From positions 1 through 32,121 of the forward strand of contig JABIDZ010000089.1 of assembly GCA_018651445.1 (NCBI GenBank): 32,121 bases of DNA, given 5' to 3'. Source of the stretch: Candidatus Iainarchaeum sp. GTDB lineage: Archaea; Iainarchaeota; Iainarchaeia; Iainarchaeales; JAAZKV01. Positions 15,018-25,500 of this stretch are shown here, in pieces. A program made the translations under genes and the position numbers. The notes beneath the pieces were generated by a model. That model was not told the DNA's origin and did no database searches. It saw only the letters and a program-made list of their open reading frames with translations. Within the stretch, counting starts at the first letter, position 1. The number at the start of each line of letters is the position of its first letter.

Positions 15018-17477
15018 TTGGGTGTAGAAGTGTTTTCGAAAAAATTGTTAATTCTAGTTTTATTCTTACTTTGTTTCTCTATTTCGGTAACAGCGATTTC
15101 GCAAACAGAAAGCGTAAAGATTTTTGCAGTTACAGAAAACAATGAAGGGATGTCGGCAGACTTACATTTACATGTTATTCCTGGAAATGGAGAAGTAGCT
15201 TTTATAACTTCAAATTCCTTAGTTGGAAAAGACACTCAAACAACTGGAAACATTGCGATAAACGTAGCTGAAAAACAATCTACAATTAGTGCACAACAAA
15301 ACAACTTTGTTTTTGATATTATAGCTAACGCAATAGAAGTTGATGGGCCTAGCGCAGGAGCCGCGATGACGCTAGTTGCTTACTCTGTTTTAGCTGAGCG
15401 ACCATTACCCCAAGACATCGCAGTTACCGGAACAATTAATTCGGACGGATCAATAGGGGTTGTTTCGGGGATTTATGCAAAAGCAAAAGTTGCTTCTCAA
15501 ATAGGAATTAATTTATTTATGATCCCAAAAGGAGAAGCAAATCACGTAATAAAAGAGAATGGAAAAACAACATCAATTAATTTATTATCTTACGCTATGG
15601 AAGAATGGGGAATGAAAGTTGTTGAAGTAACTGCGATCGAAGACGTGTTAGAATATGCTTACTCGGATATCGATTCGATTGAGGTTGATACAACATCGTC
15701 TTTCATTGGATTTATTCCTAGTGCAATAAAATCGGATATGGGTCTTGAACCAATGCGAAAGATCTCACAAGGATATATTGATAGAGCCGAAGCACTTGTT
15801 GAAGAAACAAAAAAGGAACTCGAGGTTACTGAGCTAGAAGAAAGTTTGAGAAGTTCTTTTTATCCACAACTTGGCGTAGCAAAAAGAGATATTGAAATGT
15901 CTCAAATCTTTTTAGATCAAAATTATCTTTATTCTGCCGCAAACTCGTCATTTAATGCGCGAGTATCTGTTGGAACAATAAAAACAATTGTTAAGAATCC
16001 AACAATTCTTTCAAAAGACTCGGTTGTTTTAAATTCAGAAATTTCTTCTATGCGAAAAGAATTGGATTCTTTGAAAAACGATTTAGATTATATTCCATTA
16101 GATAAATTTGAATGGATTATTGGTGCACAACAAAGAGTTGCATACGCAGAAAATGCTTTGAATAAAATAAATGAAACAATAAGTGGTTCTTTTGAAGGTG
16201 AAGATGAAGAACAAATAGTTATGTTCGGAGTAATATTTGATTTAATTGCTGCTCAAGCGTGGATAGAAGTTTCAAGAGACCTACTTGAAGAAGCTAATTC
16301 GAGTAATGTGAAAAAAGTTCCTTTTTATGAAAAAGAATTTATTCTAAAGACTAAATCAAAGTTAATTTCAGTAAATATTTTTGCAAACGACATTAATATG
16401 CCTGAAGGAAAACTAGCAGAAGTTAATAGAAGATTAGAAGCTGCACGAATCTCATTTGACAATAATTTTTATTTTGCAACGCTATATGATATTGCAATCG
16501 CAGAATCACTTTCAAAAGCATTTGTTACAAAAGAGAAATCTGATTTTAGTGATTTGAATGGGTTATATGTTTTAGTTGATGAACAACAAACGGTAAGTCG
16601 AACAATTTCTTCGTTTTGGGGAAATCTTTTCCGCGATCACTCACAATTCTTTTTAGAAAATGCAAGGTACCAAAAAGAAATTAGTAGAACGTCTTCAGAA
16701 GAAGCTAATTTGAATAACGCGTATGACTGGGTAATTGTTGCACAAGGACTTGATGAAACAAAAGAAAATATTGGAGTTTACTTGGGTGAAAATACGTTTG
16801 ATGATTACGTTGGAATAAATGCGTCAATAGATATTAAATATACTAGAACAGACGTGTTTACTCCGGTTCTAATCCCTGCATTAATTGTGTTAGTACTTTT
16901 GTTAATTATGATAGTTGTATTTAGTGTTCGTCGTTCACCTGGAAAAGTTGATGCTGCGAGAGCAGAAAAATTAGATTCTATGCTTAACCGACTAGACAAA
17001 GCATTAGCAAAGGGGAAGGTGTCAGAGCCAGAGTATTTCTTTTTGAAGAAGAAGTATGATGATGAATTTAGTTATGTGAATAACATGCGGTCTAAACGGT
17101 CAAAGATTGCTTTGAATTTGGATGAATCAAGAGCTAAGTTAAGTGCGCTTGAACAAGGTGCAAAAGATCTAAAGAAACATTATCATTCTGGGTTGATTAT
17201 TCCAGAAGATTATGAAAGACATTTAAGCGAAGTTAATTCTGAGATAGCTGAGATAAAAGAAGATATTGACTCGTTTGAAGATGAACTGCGCGAGTCTAGA
17301 CGTGGAAAAAATAGGCGGACAATAAGTGCTGACAAAGTATTTTTACAAAAAGAAAAACAAAACCCTTTTAGCGTTAAAGGAACGGATACAAAAGAAAATG
17401 CGTTTAGCGTTAAAGGAACAAATGAAAAAACAAAGCCTCGTCGAAAGAAAATTCTTACTCGTAAAAAGAAAAAGTAA
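15018..17477 (+). CDS. Membrane-anchored Lon-like (S16) serine protease lacking the AAA+ domain
   Basis: Signal peptide; DGPSAG (Ser) and VSGIYAK (Lys) dyad; VTGTINSDGSIG; TM near aa 620; cytoplasmic coiled coil. The start may be GTG at 15030. Confidence 0.85.
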   Translation: MGVEVFSKKLLILVLFLLCFSISVTAISQTESVKIFAVTENNEGMSADLHLHVIPGNGEVAFITSNSLVGKDTQTTGNIAINVAEKQSTISAQQNNFVFDIIANAIEVDGPSAGAAMTLVAYSVLAERPLPQDIAVTGTINSDGSIGVVSGIYAKAKVASQIGINLFMIPKGEANHVIKENGKTTSINLLSYAMEEWGMKVVEVTAIEDVLEYAYSDIDSIEVDTTSSFIGFIPSAIKSDMGLEPMRKISQGYIDRAEALVEETKKELEVTELEESLRSSFYPQLGVAKRDIEMSQIFLDQNYLYSAANSSFNARVSVGTIKTIVKNPTILSKDSVVLNSEISSMRKELDSLKNDLDYIPLDKFEWIIGAQQRVAYAENALNKINETISGSFEGEDEEQIVMFGVIFDLIAAQAWIEVSRDLLEEANSSNVKKVPFYEKEFILKTKSKLISVNIFANDINMPEGKLAEVNRRLEAARISFDNNFYFATLYDIAIAESLSKAFVTKEKSDFSDLNGLYVLVDEQQTVSRTISSFWGNLFRDHSQFFLENARYQKEISRTSSEEANLNNAYDWVIVAQGLDETKENIGVYLGENTFDDYVGINASIDIKYTRTDVFTPVLIPALIVLVLLLIMIVVFSVRRSPGKVDAARAEKLDSMLNRLDKALAKGKVSEPEYFFLKKKYDDEFSYVNNMRSKRSKIALNLDESRAKLSALEQGAKDLKKHYHSGLIIPEDYERHLSEVNSEIAEIKEDIDSFEDELRESRRGKNRRTISADKVFLQKEKQNPFSVKGTDTKENAFSVKGTNEKTKPRRKKILTRKKKK

Positions 17478-17492
17478 TCTTTTTTTTATTTT

Positions 17493-20462
17493 TTAACTAG
17501 CAATTCGTGTGCCTTTTAGTTTCAAACCGATTACTGAACTATTGTCTTTGTTTAATGCTACTCCAACAATTTGTCTAGCTTTCTTTGTTATTGTGTCGTT
17601 GTGAGTAATTGCAATAAACTGACTTTTCTCAGCAATCTTGTCTATTAAGCTACCCATTTTCATAGAGTTTTCTTTGTCAAGAGCAGCATCTGCTTCATCA
17701 AAAGCATAGAATGGTGCTGGAGAATAAAGTTGGATAGCAAACATGAATGCTAATGCAGTTAATGTTTTTTCTCCACCACTCATTGAATCAATATTTTGTA
17801 GTTTTCCACCTTTTGGTTTTGCATCAATCAACAAACCACTTTCTAATGGGCTGTCCGGATTAGTTAGGTCTAGTAATGCTTCTCCGTTAAAGAATTTTGC
17901 AAACATGTCTTTGAAGTTATGATTAACTTCGTTGAAACAATCCATAAAAACATTAGTTCGTTTAACATCAATCTTGTCGATCATATCAAGGACAGATAAG
18001 CGTTCTTCTTCTAACGTGCTTGCTTTTGTTTGTATCTCATCAACTTCTTTTTTTAGTTCGGTAAAATTGTCCATTGCTTTTAGATTAACTGCGCCGATTT
18101 CTTCAAGGCGTTTACTAACAACAACAAGTCGTTGTTTTAGTTCGTCTACGGTTTTTTCGCCAATTTTTGTAGCTCCTTCAAATTCGCTTTGTTCTTCTAT
18201 AAGATCGGCTTCTCTTACTTCTAGTTTGCTCTTCTCAATATTGAATTCGTTTACTCGTGAATCCATTCGTTTTGCTTTTCCACTTTCAGTATAAATCTCT
18301 TTCTCTACTTTTTCGATTCTTGCGTCTAGTTTTTCTTTTTCTGCGAGGAGTTTAGAATTCTCTTTTTTAGCACCTTCAAGTTCTTTTTCTTGTGTTGATA
18401 CTTCTTCTTCAATTTGTGCTAAAATGGGTCTTTTTTCTTCAATTTCTCTCAAATAAGTGTCAATTTCTTCGCCAAGCGCAGTGTTTTCTTTTGTCAATGC
18501 GTCTTCTGTGCTCTTCATTTTGCTAAGAGCCAATCTATTCTCGTTTAGTTGCGCTTCCATTACAGACTTGTTATGTATAAGCTCGTCTCGTTTTGCATTC
18601 ACCATTGAGAGCTCTTCGAAAACATTTTCTTTTCGCAGTGCGTTTAAACTTTCTTTTATTGTTTCTCGCTTCTCAACAAGAGTTTTTACTTTCGCATCGA
18701 GAGTGTTTTTCTTATTTAATTGTGCTTCAAATTGCTTTTCATCTAGTTCAAGCTTAACTGATTTTACTTTTGATTCTACTCGTTCTAATCGCTCGTTGAG
18801 AACGTTTTTTCCTTCTATTTCAACCATTAAACGAGCAACTAATCTAAGATTGTCTTTTATCACGCCAAGATCTGCTTTAATCGTTGCTTCTTTTTCTTTG
18901 CTTGCGACAAGTTCTTTTTCTGTTGTAACGATAAGTGCTTCTTTTTCGCCTAAGATTTTCTTCTTTTTTTCTGCTTCTAAATTAGAATCACAAACAGGGC
19001 ATTTCGAAATCTCTTTTGTAAGTTCGCTAACGGCTTTTCTTTCTTGTTTGATAACTGCGTTATAATTACTTGATATAGAATTATTTTTTTCTAGTTCATC
19101 TTCTTTTTGTGCTAGTTCTCCTTCTAGTTTTTCGAATCCGCCAAGACTTGTGATCTCATTGTTTTTTGAATCAATTTCAACAAGACGTGCATTAAGTTCT
19201 TTTTCTTCTTCTTCCAGTTCAAGGAGTTTTTTTGTGTTAAAACTTTTTTGTTTTTCCCATTGTTTAATAAAAACTTCTAAATCAAAGTTTTCTTTTCTAA
19301 TTAAATCAATTGCTTTGTTCTTTTCATCAAGCTCCGTTTCTACAACAATAATTTCTTTGTTCTTTGTCTTTGCAACGTCGTCTAAACCACTTTTTTTAGT
19401 AGTAATTTCTTTTAACTGGTCATCTAAACCATTTTTTTCTGTGTTTAATTCTTTTATTTTTTCAGCGATATCATTGATTGCTTGTTTTGATTCGCTCGCA
19501 TTCTTGTTATTATCTTCAATTCGCTTTTTGTTTCGTTTGATGCTAGCTTGTTTTATATCAATTCTTTCTTTTTCAATATTTAATTGTGATTTCTTTTCTT
19601 CAAACTCTTTTCCAACCGTATTGTAGATTTCTGCCGAACCCTTTATTGCTTTACTACTTAATGCATTAGCATCTTGCTTAGCTTTTGAAACTTCTTCATT
19701 TAATTCTTTGATACTTGCTTGTATTTCTTCTTTATTTTTTTCTAGTTCTTTTAATTCTTTATCAATTTCAACAGTTCTTTTTTCGATTTGGTATAATTCT
19801 TTTGAAATAATTGTGGCTTTAATGTCTTTTTTTTCTGTTGATAATCCGCTGAATTCTTGTGCAGCATTCATTTCTTTTTCTAGTTCTTCAAGAAAAGTAT
19901 TTCTTTCGTTTAGGATAATTGTTGCTTCTTTTATTCGAGAATCAACTTTATTTAATTCTTTTACTGCCTCGTCTTTCTTTTGATCAAATTCACTTAAACC
20001 AGCTATGCTATCGATTATCTGTCTTCTCTCTGTCCCTGACATATTAACTACTTTTGTAATATCTCCTTGTGTAACGATGTTGTGCCCCGTAATATCGATT
20101 CCAAATTCTACTAGTAGTGAGTTAACTTCATTTAGAGTCGTTCGTTTTCCATCTAAACGATAAATACTTTTTCCTTGTTTGTCAATCATTCGACTAACTT
20201 CGTAAGTCTTTCCGCCATTTTTTATTGTCAAATCAACTTTAGCATAATTTTCTTTTGCGTTGTTGTATACCAGATCAGTTAGTTTTCCTGCTCTTAGAGT
20301 TTTTAGCGAAGTTATTCCTAATACGAATAACAATGCGTCAAGAACATTACTTTTTCCACTACCATTTGATCCAACAATTGCTGTGAAACCATTGCTTAAT
20401 GGGATCTCAGCTTTCTTAAAAGACTTGAAATTTTTTAATGTCAATTTAACCAGTTTAGTCAT
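17493..20462 (-). CDS. smc: SMC-family ATPase with Smc-type heads and a central CxxC zinc hook
   Basis: NFKSF, GSNGSGKSN, LRA...DL, Q-loop TQG, GAVNLKA, MSGGEK, PAPFYAFDEADAALD and QFIAITH. CPVC at aa 488-491. Confidence 0.88.
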   Translation of the reverse strand: MTKLVKLTLKNFKSFKKAEIPLSNGFTAIVGSNGSGKSNVLDALLFVLGITSLKTLRAGKLTDLVYNNAKENYAKVDLTIKNGGKTYEVSRMIDKQGKSIYRLDGKRTTLNEVNSLLVEFGIDITGHNIVTQGDITKVVNMSGTERRQIIDSIAGLSEFDQKKDEAVKELNKVDSRIKEATIILNERNTFLEELEKEMNAAQEFSGLSTEKKDIKATIISKELYQIEKRTVEIDKELKELEKNKEEIQASIKELNEEVSKAKQDANALSSKAIKGSAEIYNTVGKEFEEKKSQLNIEKERIDIKQASIKRNKKRIEDNNKNASESKQAINDIAEKIKELNTEKNGLDDQLKEITTKKSGLDDVAKTKNKEIIVVETELDEKNKAIDLIRKENFDLEVFIKQWEKQKSFNTKKLLELEEEEKELNARLVEIDSKNNEITSLGGFEKLEGELAQKEDELEKNNSISSNYNAVIKQERKAVSELTKEISKCPVCDSNLEAEKKKKILGEKEALIVTTEKELVASKEKEATIKADLGVIKDNLRLVARLMVEIEGKNVLNERLERVESKVKSVKLELDEKQFEAQLNKKNTLDAKVKTLVEKRETIKESLNALRKENVFEELSMVNAKRDELIHNKSVMEAQLNENRLALSKMKSTEDALTKENTALGEEIDTYLREIEEKRPILAQIEEEVSTQEKELEGAKKENSKLLAEKEKLDARIEKVEKEIYTESGKAKRMDSRVNEFNIEKSKLEVREADLIEEQSEFEGATKIGEKTVDELKQRLVVVSKRLEEIGAVNLKAMDNFTELKKEVDEIQTKASTLEEERLSVLDMIDKIDVKRTNVFMDCFNEVNHNFKDMFAKFFNGEALLDLTNPDSPLESGLLIDAKPKGGKLQNIDSMSGGEKTLTALAFMFAIQLYSPAPFYAFDEADAALDKENSMKMGSLIDKIAEKSQFIAITHNDTITKKARQIVGVALNKDNSSVIGLKLKGTRIAS

Positions 20463-20472
20463 TTTACCAATC

Positions 20473-21258
20473 CTAACTAAAGTAATAATATGAAATTGCT
20501 AAAATGAAAAAGGTAATTGCAATTGCCGTTCCTATAATACTTGATATGAAATCAAAATCTCCAATTGCTAGACCAATAAAAGAAAATATTTGTAGAATGA
20601 TATAAACAATGATTAGATTTATTATTATGAAAACAAAGCTTTGCCAAAAGTTGGTGTTTGTGAACTCCCAGCTTTTTTGAACAGCGTGTCTCACATCATC
20701 TGCAACTAATGCTGGAAGGATAAAAGAAAGTTTTGTCAAGAAAAGTATGATTAATATTAACGCTACGATTGGATACAAAATTAATCCTACAAAATCTCCG
20801 ATAAGACTTGTGCCCAAAATCAATAATAATTGTTCAAAAATCCAGGTTATTGCGAAAAGAGCGATAATTGCTAAAAAACCTGCAACGATTACAAAAATTG
20901 TTAAACCAATACTTTTTTTTGCTTCGATTACAGACTCATTAATTGCTTCAATAACGCTCTTGCCAGAAGCAAATTTTGTAATTGAAATGAATACGACTAC
21001 TGAAACAAAAATCATTATTACTCCACTAATAAGCATTGTAGTAAGTTCAAGCGGGTACCTAGTAAGCATCATTTGTAATAAATTTGTAGCTGAAAATGCA
21101 TTTGGATACAAAAACATATCTGCTATTGGTCGCTGCAGAACCCAGTTAGATAATAGTTCTGCAAGCAATACGAATACGCCCATTACGATCATGGGTAATA
21201 ATATAGTCGGCTTAAAAATGATATTTTTTACTGCTTTTTCGATAGATCCCAAAAACAC
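20473..21258 (-). CDS. Multi-pass membrane protein, hypothetical
   Basis: About 6 hydrophobic segments and a GGTGA SD. Ends 10 bp upstream of the smc start. Confidence 0.75.
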   Translation of the reverse strand: MFLGSIEKAVKNIIFKPTILLPMIVMGVFVLLAELLSNWVLQRPIADMFLYPNAFSATNLLQMMLTRYPLELTTMLISGVIMIFVSVVVFISITKFASGKSVIEAINESVIEAKKSIGLTIFVIVAGFLAIIALFAITWIFEQLLLILGTSLIGDFVGLILYPIVALILIILFLTKLSFILPALVADDVRHAVQKSWEFTNTNFWQSFVFIIINLIIVYIILQIFSFIGLAIGDFDFISSIIGTAIAITFFILAISYYYFS

Positions 21259-21308
21259 CTTTTCTCACCGTTAATATAAAGTAATACTGCTTTAAATTAC
21301 TTTCTTCC

Positions 21309-21400
21309 GCCTGTTTCGTCAGGCAAGAACGATTCACACAAAGCATTACTTGTAGTAATGCAAAGTGGTTTTTGCCTCTCAAAGAAGCTTTTAAAAGCTT
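21309..21400. other. Structured intergenic element plus palindromic TATA
   Basis: Stems at 21321-21330/21368-21377 and 21343-21350/21354-21361; aagcTTTTAAAAgctt at 21385-21400. Confidence 0.45.
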
Positions 21401-21434
21401 TGCATGCACTTTTTCTGTATAACTGGTGAGTTAA

Positions 21435-21713
21435 ATGAAGTTTCCAAAAGAAAAGAAAATGTATTGTAAGAAATGTCATAAACATACTAAGCACAAGCTA
21501 AAAGAGTTCAAAGCCGGTAAAGGTAGAACGCTAGCTCAAGGTAATGTTCGCCACGAAAAGAACACTAACCACGGATATGGTGGAAGATACAAATACATTG
21601 CTACTGTTAAAAAGCAAAACAAAACACCAGTTTTTGTTGCAGAATGTGTTGATTGTAACGCAAAACAACCATATACTCTAGAAAAGAGAATGAAAAAAGT
21701 AACTCAAGAATAA
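21435..21713 (+). CDS. rpl44e: 50S ribosomal protein L44e (eL42)
   Basis: MKFPK...YCKKCHKHT, GYGG and a second CxxC; GGTGA SD. Confidence 0.93.
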   Translation: MKFPKEKKMYCKKCHKHTKHKLKEFKAGKGRTLAQGNVRHEKNTNHGYGGRYKYIATVKKQNKTPVFVAECVDCNAKQPYTLEKRMKKVTQE

Positions 21714-21768
21714 TTGAAATATTAATTAAACTAATTTCTTTTTAATTTCTTTTAATCCTTCTTTTAGT

Positions 21769-22554
21769 ATGACTTTTAATAATTCAATTCTATTGATACT
21801 AAAACAATACAAGAGTATCGAATTTAACGAATTATTATCTAAGATTTCTTCGCGTTATACAAATTCTTCTTCTGCTTACTCTGCTTTGAGTAGAGCGCTA
21901 AAAAACTTGGATTCGCTAGGACAAGTAAAAAGAAAAGATAGCCGAATTTTTATTACAGATAAGGGTTTAGCATCGATCCATGTTGAAATGAAAGAAAAAC
22001 TCGTGTTAAAGTTAAACGAGGCTTTCAAAAAGCCACTTGTTAATTTAGAAGAAATTGTTCAATTATTAATCGTGTTATCTGAGAGAGCATCTGAAAGTAA
22101 TGATTTATTACAAGGTGCAAAAGAATATGCGGAGTTTACTATCGAAGATATTAGTGAATTACAAGACGCGATTACTGAACAACAAGAGTTTATTGAAAAG
22201 ATGCGTTCGCTTCTAGGTGTACAAGAAGAAAGATTTCGAGAACTAGATTTCAATGATTGTCTTGCAATAGTTTTTGATAAAAAGTTTGTAGAAAAAGCTA
22301 GTTCATTTGTAAACGAAAAGATAATTGTTAAAACAAATGACAAAGACTTGTTAGAAAAGATCCCTGAAGTTTGGCAAAAAGATGCAAGTATTATTGTTGA
22401 CAAAGAGTTTTCAAAAAACATATTTGATATTTTACTTGACAACTCGCTAAGCGAGTTTACTATTTATTTAGAAAATATAAAATGTGTAGCTTCAAAAGGA
22501 ATGATTACTTGTTATTCTTCACACAAACTATTAAATGAATTTAATAAAAAGTAA
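21769..22554 (+). CDS. Hypothetical protein with a probable N-terminal winged-helix domain
   Basis: ILLILK...FNELL...ALSRALKNLDSLGQVKR...ITDKG wHTH-like pattern, followed by a coiled coil. Confidence 0.65.
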   Translation: MTFNNSILLILKQYKSIEFNELLSKISSRYTNSSSAYSALSRALKNLDSLGQVKRKDSRIFITDKGLASIHVEMKEKLVLKLNEAFKKPLVNLEEIVQLLIVLSERASESNDLLQGAKEYAEFTIEDISELQDAITEQQEFIEKMRSLLGVQEERFRELDFNDCLAIVFDKKFVEKASSFVNEKIIVKTNDKDLLEKIPEVWQKDASIIVDKEFSKNIFDILLDNSLSEFTIYLENIKCVASKGMITCYSSHKLLNEFNKK

Positions 22555-22564
22555 TGATCGAAAG

Positions 22565-25500
22565 TTACTTTATTTGTCTTCCGTTGATCGCATCGATTCG
22601 AACAACACGTTCTTCACCAGTTTTCTTCTTTAATACGCCTTCCCAAACGGGTAAGAACAAATGTGTAACTTCTTTTACGCTAATATTTTTCCAAACTTTC
22701 TTTATCAAATCAACCGCTTCTTTTTCTTCTATGTTTGGACGTAATAGCGGAACACTTTCTACTTCGATGATTGGTCTTTTTCCGATACTAGGCATTATTG
22801 CGTGTAATGGGCTAGGTGGTAAATCAATTTTTTCTTTTAGATTGTAAACCATTCGATCTTTTTGTTTTTCTACTTTAACCATGTCTTTTTCAGCTAGTTT
22901 TTCAAGAACTCTTTTTACATTTCCTGGTTCCATACCCATGTTCTCTGACAAACTATGAATATCGTGTTTGCTTTCAAGTAGTTTTACAGCAAGTATTTCA
23001 GCTTCGTTTAAATGTAGTAATTGTGGTAACCCAACACTTTCTACTAAGCTACCTTTGTTGTCGTGTATGAATTCTCCGGTTTGAGAATTGATATATGCTT
23101 CTCCAACTTGGAACGCATCTTTTTGAGAAAAATAATTGTATCTGATTTTGTATAACGTTGCGTACTTCATTCCTAGTCTGTCAACAATTTCTTCTTCACC
23201 AAATAATCCTAGTGCTTTCTTTAATCTTAATTTAGCTAATAACAATCTAGCTTGTGCTTCTACAACAGTTGGTTGCAACGCAGTTAACTCTACACTTGCT
23301 TCGTATTCTTCGTCGTCATTATCTTCATCTTCGTCGTCATCTGTTTCTTCTTCATCATCTTCGCTATCGTTTTCGTCGTCATCTTCTTCATCGCGGTCTT
23401 CAGAATCTTCTTCACTTTCTTCGTTTTCCTCGCCATCTTCGCTTTCAGCATCCTCTTCTTCGTTTTCAGCAGTTTCTTCAGCTTCCATTTCTGCTAGCAC
23501 GCCTTTGGCATATAATCGTTCTTCATCAAATTCAACGCCTTGTTCTTCGAGTAATTCTTGTACGGTTTCAAAAGCAATTTTCTTTTTGTAAGTACTTTCA
23601 AGTGTTTCAATTATTTGTTCGAGTGTTTCAATCTTAATACTAGGATCTTTTTCTAATTTTTTTAGAGTAATTCTCATTGCAAGTAATTCTACTTGTTCTT
23701 GACCCATATCGTGTTTAACTTCGATTGTTTCTGCGTCACGACCTTCGTGTTGACTCATTCTTGGTCGAATATTCATTACAAATGCTCTTGCAGTAGTTTC
23801 TTGTCGATCGCCTGTTAGCGCTGTTCCTACTGGAAGTGTTTTAATAAAATTTGGTTTCTTGTATGGTGCAGGAATGATTGTCGGAGTTCTTTTTTGAATT
23901 GCTTTTACGTCGTCATCAAAAACTAGTTTATGTGCCATTATGACATCTAATTGGCTTAGCACTTTTGAATCAATTGCACTTGGTTGTTGTGTAGCGAATA
24001 CTAGACTTAATCCTGGACGTCTACCTTGTTTTACATACTCAACAATCGCTTTGCTCGCAGGAGTCTTAGAATTTCCACCAGGAATTAATGTGTGTGCTTC
24101 ATCAATAAACAACCATGTTGGAGGAACATTTATTTCTACTAAATCTTCTACTCCATTATCTTCAAATTTTCCTGCAGCTTCACGTCTTGTACTAAGTTTT
24201 CTTGCAGAAAGTAGTCTTCTTGAAATTATTCCTATTACTAATGCACTTACGGTGTCATCTAAAAAACTTGTATCAAGAATAGTCATTTGGCCTGCTCGCG
24301 AAATCATGCTTAATGGAGTTCCTGCTTCGTCAAAAATTCCCCAGCTCTTTGCTGCATCAAATCTACTTGTAATTGCTCTAATTGACTCTGGTTTGTAACC
24401 TTTTTCTCGATCGTTTAACTCTGAATCAAATTCTAGACAATTAACTAGATCATCAATTGAATAAGTTTGTTCTTTTCCACGTACTTGTTTTGGATTATCT
24501 CCTTTTGTAGTGTATCCTTTTTTTATTTTTTCAAGAACTTTGTCAAGTAACAAACCGGTTGGAGAAAATCGATCCATTCCAAATGTTAGCGCCCAGTCTT
24601 CTGCTGTTAACAAAGATGGTTGTATTGAGAAAGTTGAGTTGTAAGTGCTTTTTGGAACGCTGTCTTTCATTCCTACTGGGATGAGTACTTTTAGGTTGTC
24701 AAGACCTTGTGGCATTATTTCCCATTCAGCTAATAACTCTAATTCTTTTTCATCTCGATTAGGATGTTTCATACTCCAGAATACTCCAATCGGATCAACA
24801 ACAACAATTCCTACGTTTTTGTTTTTTAGAGCTAGTTCTTCTGCTAGTACTCCTAGAACATATGATTTTCCGCTTCCTCTGGCTCCGCAAACGAATACAA
24901 CGTGGGGGTTAAGTCCATCCAAGTATATTGGTGTTTTGCTTAGTTCTTCTTCTCCAACGCGTCCTATGTGTAACCCGCCTTGGTCACCATATTTTTTTAG
25001 AACACTTTTCTTTCTTCCGATATATGCGTTCCCGGTTACTTCGTTCATTAAGAAATTTATTTTTGGTTTGATTTTAGTTTTAACGTTAGCATTCTCTGCT
25101 TTTAGCGCGTCAAGCTCTGCTTTTTCACCAATTACTTCAGCTTCTTTTTCAAAACCCCATTCAGCGCTAGCCCCTTCTTCTTTTGTTCCGTGTTCTTTTA
25201 ACAAGTAATCAGCTAAATCGTCTTTTTTAGTAGCTTTGTTTGCTTTATTTTTGATTACATTTTTTATAATATTTTTTTCTAGCGGAGTAGCCTTTGTTTT
25301 CTTTTTTGGTTTAATTATTTCTTCTTCGTCAATTTCTACTTTTAAATTTAATTTTCCAGTTACTTCTTTTACTTTTGCAGCAGATCCGGCAGTGATTCCT
25401 GCTTCAATGCTTTTTGCAAGACCCTCTTTTACTATTTGGTTGTAATTAGACTTTGATTTCTTGGGGTTAATTTTCTTTTCTAATTCTCTCGCTTTCTTTT

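Noticed and set aside
17493..20462. Plain Rad50 call
   Set aside because: The head motifs are Smc-type (DEADAALD rather than DEPT..LD), and there is no adjacent mre11.
21435..21713. Missing rps27e/eIF2-alpha after rpl44e treated as gene loss
   Set aside because: These genes may lie elsewhere in the genome, which cannot be judged from this window.
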